64,000 bases of DNA from NCBI GenBank assembly GCA_010093815.1, contig ML996569.1; one strand, given 5' to 3'. The position numbers and the translations under genes are program-made. This document shows, piece after piece, positions 11,501 to 22,810 of the stretch (positions are counted from its first letter, which is position 1; each line of letters begins with the position of its first letter). Below the pieces are notes generated by a model. It made no database searches and was not told the DNA's origin. It saw only the letters and a list, made by a program, of their open reading frames with translations. Source of the stretch: Pseudovirgaria hyperparasitica. Lineage: Eukaryota.

Positions 11501-14500
11501 GCGTCCGTCACGATAGCGACTGAGCTACTCAATTGTGCAGCTTGCAGCCCGCCGTGTCTAAAGGTAAGCGAGAACGAAGTGTTACTAATCAATCACACAG
11601 GCGAAACGAGGTTCGGCATAGCTGTTATCACTCAGCCAGTCTTACTGCTTATGTAGCACAAATATAGTGTCGAAGTTTGGTGTTTGCTCCAAGAAACATA
11701 ATGCATGATACTTAGATGTTAGTAGTATCAGATTAAAAGAGACAATTGTAGGTCAGTGGCAGTAGATGGCAGTCATGATGCCGTGCTGCAAATCGCCGTG
11801 CACAAGGCGAAGTGGCAGTTGAAACTCAGCCACCATTTGGGTTTCAAGCATTAACCGAAAAGTCCGGAAAGTACCATCCGTTGTTATAGAAAAGAGCTTT
11901 GGTAGAGATTTACCTCGCCAGATCATCTCTATCGACCATTCTGTTTGGCACGCGACGAGTTGCTCATCTACGTGGCAGACACACATGCAATCACCCAGGA
12001 CTAGATGCATCCTCAAAATTCCAGAATCAGGTCTTCCGGACATCACACGATAGTATGCGGACGTCAAAGTATTAGAGGCTAGACTAGCTACCACAGGGAT
12101 ATATATTCTGCGCAGGAGCGTAAGCATGCTACAATGTGATGCGTTACATTGTAGTAACGACAGGCCGTTTGCTTTAATAAAAATTGGGCCAATGGCAATT
12201 TTTCAAAATCAGCCAATCATTTATTGTCTATGTCGCCTGGACTCGCAGATACCCCAAACCCGTAGCCATGCGAACTCAACTCAAGCATTAAATTAATCAT
12301 TACTTTCACCAGCACATTCTAAAATTTGGTTCGCTTACCCATGTTTACAGCTAGTTCATCATGAAGCTAGCCACACGTATACAAGAATTGTCTAAGAGTG
12401 AGGAAAGAAAGATCCTTCCGGAGGATCCCCCAAATCCAGTAATAACAATGTAAAGGCACCCACCAGCTACTAGGGTGGCCAACGGGAGGATCAAGAAAAG
12501 GAAAGAAAAGGAAAGGGGGGGGGCTGCGTAGGGCAGAGTGGAGAAGAGGGGCATTTCGAAAAAATGGTCTATGATGGTGCGGCGTCAGACTACAAACTCG
12601 TGTTGTTACATGTGAGTCTGTGTAACGCCAAATTTGAAGTAGTTGAGGTCGAGATGCCTAGGGCCATCGTAACGCCTTCACGCGCCACCTTTAAAAAAAG
12701 ACCCAGACCTAATAATGAACGGCACCGCTGTGGAAGCCACACTCGACGCGACGATTTTCGGTACCAGAATCGACACGTGGTACGTGGTATGTGCGAAGGC
12801 GCAAAGTCGTTTGAATACCCCTGCGCAAGGGTATATAGATGCAGGATCAGTTCCATGATTACAGTAAATGCCCGAAAGGCTGACCGAGATAGCTAGAGGA
12901 CCCTCTCTCTTTCGGGAGCTATGCCTCCTCTGGGATACGATAAGAGCCACCCAAGAATATCCAAGAGCCGCCCGCCATATTACAATTGTCTTCCGCGGCC
13001 GATATCCTAGTGGTGGAAGTCTAATGGCGGTCTCGTACGAGCCACGCGGCAGTGGCCATAGCAGAATCCTACCCCGAGTCGCAGACTATCTATAGGGCTA
13101 CCTGTGGTTTGTACGGAAGCACTGACTCCCTTGTAGATGGATCGGATGGCACGAACGACGGAACGTCCGATCCGCCCATCACGGACGGTCCTTCTCCCTG
13201 CGGCACGGTCAACCGTCAACTACGCAATTTTCGCTCAACGCACTGGCACTCTTGCTAAGTTCAAGCCCCTATGATCCGCTGCTCGCCATGAAGAGGAGCG
13301 TGCACACGGGACTGATCTCGATCTGTTACATGGAAGTTGCCGAGCACCTTGACACTTCACTCCATCGTGTCTCGTGAAAGCCTCACTCTTCACACAATCG
13401 ACACCTATACCATGCCCTAGGAGCAGCCACGACCCACATATATCCACATACCAAATTATCCATACGATATAATCCTCCTGTCCTCGTTTAGCGCAGCTGA
13501 ACTTCTCATACAATTCTGCTTCATTGCACACTAGCTCTCTGCGGGTAGCCCAAAAGCATTGTCAACGTGTCATCGACAAGATCCTAAAGTCTTCCACTTC
13601 GTTAAGGGGAGGGTCTGTCATCACTTGCTCTATACCGATTATTCTTTCACTCGAAGCCCGGAAAGGAGCAGAAGGGATGGACCGTTCCTTCGCTCGGTCT
13701 ACCGACACCCACCGAGAGCTGTTAGCTTTGCCGTCTACAGATGCGAACTATGACAATATAGTGCGCTACTCTAGCAGACTACATTTCATGTTTTACTAAC
13801 AACTACAACCACCGTCATGAATTCTTCCCTCGATGCAAGACCAATGACTGGGGTACATGTACGGACTGCGACTTGAGCATGGAAGTAATAATTACCACTG
13901 AACTTTTCACTGGCGATACTACGGATCGCAAGCACCTCAACTGGTTCGATGATGATTCGGCTTAGTTCAAGAGCTAAAATCGTTTTTATCGGACCCTGGA
14001 CTACAAACCGTCAAAGTGTACTACTATGTATGCTATGCAGATCGCTAAGGTAAACGAAACCACAAGGATCAAATCTCCTTACGCTAGTGGAAACAGGAAA
14101 CCCGGTGTCGTTTGAACGGATTTCGGGCCAAAACGGTATGGCATGTCTTTCGGATATTCCAAGGCACTAGGATGCAAACGTACATTCCAAGACAGATGAC
14201 CGTTCTTAGAGTGCTACATGGTCGTCGGTCTTCGTTCGGGTAGAGGCAAATCGTGATCCTTTCTTGCTTTTAATCTTGCCCCCATACCAGCACGCCACTG
14301 CGGGCCTGGCCGATTTGACGTCGGCTGAACGAGCTTACTAGAACCTCCTTTTGCCTGTCAAGGGTCTAATCGGGATATGATGGCGCTTTAGTGCTAATAC
14401 TCCCATATAGGATCAAAACGACAAAATCACAATATCCAAGACACCTTTTTTCTCGCGGCCAATCACTAAGATCTTGGCGATCGTGATGCTCAACTCAGAT

Positions 14501-15266
14501 TAATATACTGTAGAAGTCAAGCAAATACTGTGAATGAGGTGAAGAATAATATAATAGGCAAAATGAAGTAGGTTTCATTGTAACCGAATTACAGTCCAAC
14601 CAGATCATACTCTCAAGCATATGTCATTTGCGGTCCGGCGCATAATAACCATTTAGTCGAGACTCATTCGCAGCGAATACCTGATCCAGACTACAATGTT
14701 CACCACCAGGCTTCTACTCCGTGCCGAGTGCGGATTAGTTCCTATAATGTAAGGAGGTAGCACGTTTAAAGTCGTACCTATACACCTTATCGCATATAAT
14801 CATACTAAAAAGGTTCTCCCTTCTTTGGTTTTAATCTCGATATGGCTCTCAAGCCTATCCTACTAGTATATACGACCGCCCTTCTTCACAGGCTAGCCGG
14901 CTCCTTCATGTACCCTCCTCCGCAATTACAGACTTAACAGTTACAATACTAAAACACATTCTTCAGGAACTGCAAGCCTCTTCGCATCGAGCTTACGCAT
15001 CTAGCTACGCCTGGTTACCCACGGTCTATCCTCACGAAACGTCATCGGACATACTAAGTCGCTACCCTCATTCTAGCACCGGACTCTCCTAACCATGCAG
15101 CCTGTGCAGCATGTATGGACGAACGTCGCATTAGCACATCAAACCGCCATGCACACTCCACGCGCATCGACTGCCGGATTCCGATCTTAGCTTCTCATCA
15201 CATGCCAATCGCACCGTAGTCAGCACCAATATCTTACGTGGTCCCCCAAAAACCACACACCATTGT

Positions 15267-15539
15267 CTATGTCCAGAGCTCTTCCCAAGCTCTATCCACA
15301 CCTTCTACCTCCATCCAGTCATATTTGTAATCAACTTTTGCACGCGTGGGCGTGATAGCGCACCGCATTTGATCGGTAGGATAGGTGGTGAAAGCGCTAT
15401 CAGCCTTTGACGTTGTGGTATTCGAGCTGCGTGCGTCCACGGGATATGGATCTACGTCAGCGCTAGCGGAGGATTTGTTTGTAAGACGAGTCACGGGGGG
15501 CTCATGAGGTGGCATGGAATGGGGAAAGGGGATATACAT
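15267..15539 (-). CDS. Possible small orphan protein (90 aa)
   Basis: ATG-initiated ORF with a disordered P/S/T-rich body and an acidic-aromatic tail (YKYDWMEVEGVDRAWEELWT). No recognisable family. Confidence 0.3.
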   Translation of the reverse strand: MYIPFPHSMPPHEPPVTRLTNKSSASADVDPYPVDARSSNTTTSKADSAFTTYPTDQMRCAITPTRAKVDYKYDWMEVEGVDRAWEELWT

Positions 15540-16650
15540 TGGTGATACTCTGGGGAGGGGCCAAGTTCGAGATCAGCATTAAGATCTCATGATCGACGTT
15601 GGAATATGGTGGCGTAACTTTCGGATATCATTTTTTGGGCACGGCGCTAACAAAATTGGAGAAAATTGTATAGGAAAGATGCTAACAGACGGACCTTAGG
15701 GATTGGGTATTCACTAGCTTGTTATAACGAACGAAGTTAAGGTTCATACCTTGATGTCAGTAATGGAGTTTATTATGCGTGACCAATATTGAAGTGCACT
15801 ATCAGAAGGAAAAAAATGATCCCCTGTATGTACCATATATCGAGAAGCTTTAGACTGATCTGCTGCTGTTGTTCATTCACTTTTTGATCTCATGACAACT
15901 GTGAATATGCTCAGTACACATGGCAGGACGTAAAAGGGCTATTTACAGATACCTAATGTGCTTTACCAGCCTTAAGATGTCATATGTCATACGGATCAGG
16001 CACTCATTGTGGAGTCGCCTCATATTTGTGTATATAATAAGTCATTCACGAAGGACAAGGTGGACAATAACAAGTAGCAGACAATTAAGCTGCGACACTG
16101 CAGCAGACGCGTTCAGATCAGCAATCAGAAAGAAATGATTTCAAGTTCAGATATACTGACCCAACGGTACACTGACTAGCTCATGCATCTAGAGTAGCGA
16201 TATCCTCGAATGGGGGTACGCCCTTATATGGGTCCACGAGTGTTCAGAACTCAGCGTACCAAACAGGCTCCATCATCCATATAGTCATGGATACTTAGAG
16301 GAATGATGTGCTCAGAAGGGTATCAGAATCTGTGGCGTCATGATAACGACTCAATCTCGTAGTGTTAAGCTATATAGTAAATTCGTGGGTTATCACTCAT
16401 CTTCAAATCGCTTCTCTTTGAGATTTGTATCAAGTTTCAGGTATACGTGAGCAGTCATAACACAAAATCACCATAGCACGATACATATTCTCACGATAAT
16501 CAATACGGTCGAAACCGTGTTCAATGCTTATGCCTGGGCCTGCTTGGGCCTAACCAGGCGACTTGTACTTCCTGATGTCTAGCCCCTGAACGCCGCCGAT
16601 GCTATGCTAATCATACAGAGTCCTCCCTTGCTCCCTATACCTTCTCCACC

Positions 16651-19590
16651 TCACTCCAACTCCTTTACCACCAGCGCTAGAATATCCTCCACCCCCATGC
16701 CCTCGATCTCGGGCTTCTTCGCCAAGCGCTGCCAAACCTCGCCATGGCGAGGCGCGCTCTGCACGCACTTCTCTCTCACCTCCGCCTGCTTCTCATCTGT
16801 CCCATGTTGCGCCAGGAACTTGACATACCAGGCCCATCCGTCACCCCAGTCTGGGTCCGTGCCGACCGCTTTCTCGAACCACGTCGCGGCCTTGTCCAGC
16901 TTGCGCTCCGCCCAGAAGATGCGCGCGACAGTGCAGAACAGTACGGGATCGTCCTTGGCCTTCTTGATGGCTTCGAGACTGCGTGCTTTGCGGTGCGTGC
17001 GCGCTTCAAGGTACCAGATACGCTCGCTCCAGAGCAGGCCTGAGTTAGGCACTTCGCGAAGGGCTTGGGCCATGAGAGCTTGTGCGGCAGGAAGTTGGTT
17101 GGCACGGCGCTCGAGACGGATACTTTCTGTCCAGAGTTCGGGGGACTTGGGGATGGCGAGACGGGCACGGTCGAGCACAGAGCGAGCTTTGACGATCACA
17201 CCAGCTTTCTCTTCTATGCGTGAGGCAAGGAGCCACAGAGGAACGCTCTTAGGACAGTTGCGTGTGCCTTGAGTGTAGGCTTCGCGAGCTTGTGGAAGCT
17301 TGTTGAGATCTTCGTAGATCTGGCCTTTCTGCATCCAGAGCTTTGCGTAACCGGAATACATAGATAGTGCTTGGTTGACGAGGTCGAGAGCGACAGGTAG
17401 GTCGCGCTGTTGACGTTCAAAGGCGACGGACTTCATCCATACACGGTCAGTGCCAGCTTTGTCTCGCGCTTCAGCAAGAAACTGACGAGCCATGTCGAAA
17501 TTTTGTATTGTAGCTTCGAATTGAACGGCGTTTAGGTAGATGTTTTCATTGCCAGGATTGGCGACAAAAGCCTGAGCTAGAACCATACGAGCACCATCCA
17601 AGTCATTGTTTGCGCGCTTTTCACGTGCGAATTGCATCCAGAGTTCTTCGGCCTGAGGACAGGCTTCAACGCCCTGCTCGAGCAGAGCTAGCAGATCTTC
17701 TTTGTCACCATGTAGACGCTCAAGATTGGCAGCCGCGAGCCAGGCTTCTGGCTTGTTGTAGAAGACGCGAAGTGCGTATGCGTAGATTGCTCGTGCTGTG
17801 ATGTAGAGACCTCTGTTCGTGCAGCTTCTTGCATCTGCGAGCCAAATGTCGATGCGAGTGTCATCTTCCTGTAGTGACCACCCGAGGGTTTCACGGATGA
17901 TAGATTGACAAGTGTGTATCGCGCCTTCCTCTTCGCACTTCTCGGCCTCAGTGATCCATTCGGTCCTCTTCAGCATAGCATCCTGTCGTGCAAGGGCTTT
18001 GACGGCGCCTGATATGACTTTCGAGGCCATTTTCAGATCGCCTGTCTGCTCCATCATTCGAGCACCGGCTAGATACAGCCTGTAGCTCGTTGGTAACGCT
18101 ATACGTGCCTTATTTAGCACAATACGTGCGTTATCAGCGGTCTCAAGTCTCGCAAGTGCCAGCCAAAGATCTTCGGATTTGGGTATCATTTCTACAGCTT
18201 TGGCAAGAAGTAGTCGTGCTTCCTCGACATTCTCTTCCTCGTTCACCATCATCTTCCATAGTTTCTCGGACGTAGGTACTCGGTCAAGCGCTTGTCGTAG
18301 AACTCTCTTCTTCGCTCTAGGGTCCTCCTCTAGTCTCGTAGCCTCCAGCCATAGCGGGACTGACGTATCAAGATTCTTGATCGCATTGGCGGCAATGATC
18401 CTGGCGTTGTGTCTGTCATTGATGCGTATCCTCTCGAGCCACACATCCTCACTCTTAGGGCAATGCTCACATGCACGCGAGAGGAGATCTCTGGCGGCAA
18501 GGGCTCGACCCGCATGTTCCTCAAGCCGTGCAGCCGCTACCCACGCAGGGCCATGCTTCGGATTTGTCTTGACGACCGACTCCATCAAGGTTCTGACACG
18601 CTTTAGATCACCCACATTTGCCGCTGCACCCAGACCAGATTCTGATTGCGCCAGACTCGTCAGGTAGCCTTTTGGATCAACCGTCGTCGCCGTGCCGGAC
18701 GTTGTTTCTGTGGTAGTGCCTTGCGCTGCTTGGTCTAGGCGCACCTGAAGCACCTTATCTCTTGCCGCACCGATATCCGCGAAGTTCGTCATCGTGCCGT
18801 CTCCACTCGAACCGGGACCACCGGATTCGATCGCTGTCTCCATAGCGTTCGCATCGCGCGCGCCTGCGATGACACTATCTGGTACTGCGTAGAATCGTTG
18901 TCGAAGATTCTGCTTCGCGCGTCGATTTTTACCCGTCAAGTCACCGACGCTGGGTAAGGCGGCCCATTCTTCATCCGTGACGGTGCTTAGCTCACGCTTG
19001 AGATCTGCGAATTGTTGTTGAATTTTCGGGTTGTTGCGCTCATACTCGTCGCGCTCCTCCTGCTCGCGCTTTTCCCTGTGTAATATCAGGTGTCAGTATA
19101 CTGACCCACCAATTAAGCCTCTGAAAGATATAATCGATGTGTAGGGTGGAGAGAGAATGACAGCACGTAGCCACGCTCTTTCAATGTATGTTGTAGAGCG
19201 AAAAAGTGGGTGTAGCTACCTTCTGGCTTTCCTTCTCCTATCCATCCTCTCGTCCACATCCTGGTAGATGCGATCCGCCTCATCATCATCGCGGTCAAAG
19301 TTGCCGTTTGCGAACAGTCCCACCTCATTCTCTGGGTCTTGATACCGATCATCATCGCCGGCATCACCTTCTTCTTCCTTTTTCTTCTCTACCACACCAT
19401 AAGCTGTGGGTGGTGCAATACCAGCGGCAGCAGCTCTTTTCGCAAGGACTTCTTTGATCTGGTCTTCACTAGGGCCCTCACGCGCAGGACCAAGATCGGA
19501 ACGTGTGGTGAAGCCGGTGGCACCTCGACCGAGACCTGCGACGTAATTTTCGGGCGCAGCTTGGGAGAGGAAGTCTTTGCGACCAGACAT
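16651..19590 (-). CDS. PRP6: U4/U6.U5 tri-snRNP pre-mRNA splicing factor Prp6 (S. pombe Prp1), HAT/TPR repeats
   Basis: N-terminus MSGRKDFLSQAAPENYVAGLGRGATGFTTRSDLGPAR (PRP1_N), NPKIQQQFADLKR, VDPKGYLTSL, then many HAT repeats. One intron 19219-19076. Confidence 0.97.
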
Positions 19591-20006
19591 TGCGGGCGTC
19601 AGGGGAGCGCGAGGCTCTCGAGGGAAAGAAAGGTTCAAATACAGAGAGAGAATTAAGCTTGTGCAAAGGTGTAGAAAACTGTGAAGGTACCTAAAGATCG
19701 CGAAGTTCTGGCGCGACAAGGCCGAAGCTATAGCTACGTAGACCGCTAGTCGTATGAAGTTAGGTCATATCACTACTATCTAATGCCTGAGGCACTCATT
19801 TGGACGTATCTGGAGTGGGAAAACAGGGATAGAAACTTTAATAGCTTGAAATATATCCCACGTCATGCAACGGTGATCACTAACTTTCATAATTGCGTAG
19901 TTGCGTAATTGAAGAAAGTGACCCATTCCATATTCTTAATTTCGATAATTCCACAGGCCGAGTGACATATCAGCACTTTCGCGCCAATCAATAGTGAACA
20001 CCACAT

Positions 20007-21770
20007 CTAGGCCGAATGAGAATGTACCACACCCCCCTTCTCAACGTCTCTTCCCGCAATATCCGCCGCATGGAAAGCAAGAGGGTCGCCACCCTTCTCT
20101 TGTGCCGCCCTGACCTCCTCAATCGCTGCGTCAAGTCCTGATTGACCCTTCTTCGTCTGCCATGCATGCGGGCCTTCCTTGCTAAACATGAACTCAATTT
20201 CCTCAAGCGTCTTGCCACAAGTCTCTGGGAAGAAGAAATAGAAGTGAATCGCCGCAAGTCCACACATGCCGCCGAAGATCAGGAAGATCCGATACAAGAT
20301 ATTGCGGAACGCCGGTGGCACGAATAGGCCGAGCGCAAAGTTGAAGAGCCAATTACCTGTTCCAGAGTTAATTTGAATGCCCATAGTGGACGAGATAGCC
20401 AAAAGCGTAAATACCTGTTGCGGAGATCCCCATACCAGTAGCGCGCGTCTCAAGAGACCAGACTTCGGCTGCATATACCCAGCACACCGGGGCCAGAGTG
20501 AGGGAGTATATTATGATCATGAGGTACGAGAAAGCTATCACGCCGTGTGCAGGAGATCCAATGACACGCATGAGAACGTTCTTGTCATTATTGACTCCTT
20601 CGGGGACGTACTCATAGTAGCCGCCGAGAAGACCACCAATAACGAAGTGGCAAATACCCATTCCAAGTGCGCCCCAAACGAGGAGTGTACGGCGACCAAG
20701 GCGGTCGATATAGAAAAACATGATGGTCGTGAAGATGATGAAGAGCGCGTATTGGATCCCCGATGAGATGAGGTTTACGTTTCCTGACAGATTTGCCATC
20801 ATAAAGACGTATACTACATAGTAAGTCATACTTTTTTGTCTCCTCAGTACAATTGAAACCTGCATGTTGATCTTCAAACTTACACGTTCGCTCCCGCAAG
20901 CTGTTGCCAAGCCTGGACGGAAAATCCAGTCAGAGTACGCTTCCACATGCCATGCGCGAACCATTTCTTGATACCTTTACCAGCCGCGCGCTCTGCAGTA
21001 AGGACCGTGGTGATCTCATTGAGCTCAGCGATGACTAAGGGATCATGTCGGTTGCCTCCAGCTTGAATCCTAGCAAGTATGTCGATTGCTTCGTCCATGC
21101 GATCTACCTTGGCCAACCAGCGAGGAGATTCAGGAAGGAAGGGAAGGCCAATCATGAAGAATACACAAGGGACAAACTGAATACCCCAGGCAGTTCTGAA
21201 GGACTTGGTCCCTTCCATAAAGGAGCATCCATAACCAATGAAGTACATGATCAGGACACCCCATTCGATCGCTAGTTGCTGAATTATGACCAGTGAACCG
21301 CGCTTCTCTTTCTTTGCGATCTCGGCGAGGTAGACAGGAACCTGGGAGGAAGTGATACCAACAGTGATACCATTGAGAATACGACCTCCGATGAGCATGC
21401 CTTGATTCTGAACAGCGACCTGAACCGCAGTCCCCACGAGCCAGGGAAGACATGAGATGACGAGGGCATTGCGACGACCAAGTTTGTCAGAAATGGGACC
21501 AGCAATGATTGAACCTACAACAGATCCAGCAGCGAGAGCAGAGCCGATGGCCCCTTGATTGATGCCGGATGGATTATGGAAGTAGTCCTTGTACTGGTTT
21601 GTACCGATGATAGCAGACATCGATGAGATGTCGAAGCCAAAGCTGTAAAGCAATCAGCATCCGGATATGGCCTTGGGAACTTGCAAAGAATCTTACAGCA
21701 TGCCACCTACTGTAGCGATCATGGCCACAAAGTAGGTGTTGTAGATCTTAGGAAAGGTAGGGAGGCCCAT
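20007..21770 (-). CDS. MFS sugar porter, high-affinity glucose transporter (HGT1-like)
   Basis: IATVGGMLFGFDISSMS, SDKLGRR, PVYLAEI, PESPRWL, QAWQQLAGANV, DRLGRR, PETCGKTLEEI motifs. Introns ~21696-21643, ~20882-20826, ~20414-20357. Confidence 0.93.
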
Positions 21771-22352
21771 GATGCCAGTACTCAGGTTCTATGATTCTTC
21801 TTGACGACAACTTTGAAATTGATTTTGGGGAGAACAGCAGGCAAGAAATGGATATGCAGGACGTGGGCAGATTATATTGAGCTTCAGGACGCACAAGGGC
21901 GCTAGTGTCCCAGGTGGAAACGTGATCAGTGCTCGAAAGTGAGGTCCACCATCATGACGGAGTGAACTGTGAGTGGTTTAAATCTGCTGCAGGCAGGGGA
22001 TCGATCTACTGTGCACGGGACAGACGGACTGCGTGACCACATACTTGTTCACAACACAAAACTCAGCCCTTGCCTGCTTCTCTTGCATTGGACCAGTTCC
22101 GATACCGCGTGCACCAGCAACTATAATGGGCTGTCACCCTCCAGTGCAACATGTCTCCCAAGCACGACGATCAACTTCGATGGGAGTACCAATTTTGTAA
22201 GAGGCGTCGTCCATAGATTCGACAGTGGTTAGTATGACAGAGTAACGGATTGAGCTCATCCTGTTGTACAACTCGCACTGTGTCAGGGAGTGCGATGAGT
22301 GTTGTAGATACAGTGCGTCACATGCTGGACGAGTGAAGCTGGAATGTGAAAT

Positions 22353-22472
22353 CTGGGGTAACCCTAGCAGCCCCCGCTTGGCCCAAGCTCCAGCTCCCCC
22401 ACCGTCCGACCCGTCATGCACCGAGGCGCTAACCGCCCCCGCCTTTAATTAGTCCCTCAACCATCACTCCAG
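22353..22472. promoter_or_regulatory. Cluster of six SYGGRG (CreA/Mig1-type) sites upstream of the sugar transporter
   Basis: CTGGGG 22353, CCCCGC 22372, CTCCAG 22388, CCCCAC 22397, CCCCGC 22437, CTCCAG 22467. Two have AT-rich flanks. Confidence 0.6.
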
Positions 22473-22810
22473 CTATCTTCAACGTCTGTTCAAAGTCACA
22501 CAAGTGCCTCTTGTAGAGTTCCAGATGCAATTGTCTACATGGCAACCAAAGATTTCGAAGTCGAAAGACAATGATCACCAGATGGTCATCATACAAGCTT
22601 AATCTTTGCAAGCAAGGACTGAGCTAGTCATGAATACGAGCCCAAGCTCATGTCGTGATGCTCCTCGTTGCACGAGAACGATTAACATCCCCCGAACTAG
22701 TATACACAACGCCAACCCGTTCATGTAGAAGCTTTGAGCCTCAAGGAAGATGAGGGCGGAGTCCAGATGCGCCCCAATCGTACTCGTACACCAGCGACAA
22801 GAAACATATC

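Noticed and set aside
12351..12554. 67-aa hydrophobic ORF (possible membrane microprotein) or tRNA-like hairpin
   Set aside because: The hydrophobicity is explained by a polypyrimidine tract, and there is no cloverleaf or B-box.
16604..17272. 222-aa plus-strand ORF and other antisense ORFs within PRP6, MSH2, GCN1 and abfB
   Set aside because: These are shadow ORFs opposite well-supported genes.
22359..22367. TAACCCTAG as a telomerase RNA template or telomere seed
   Set aside because: Single imperfect match with no supporting telomerase RNA elements or repeats.
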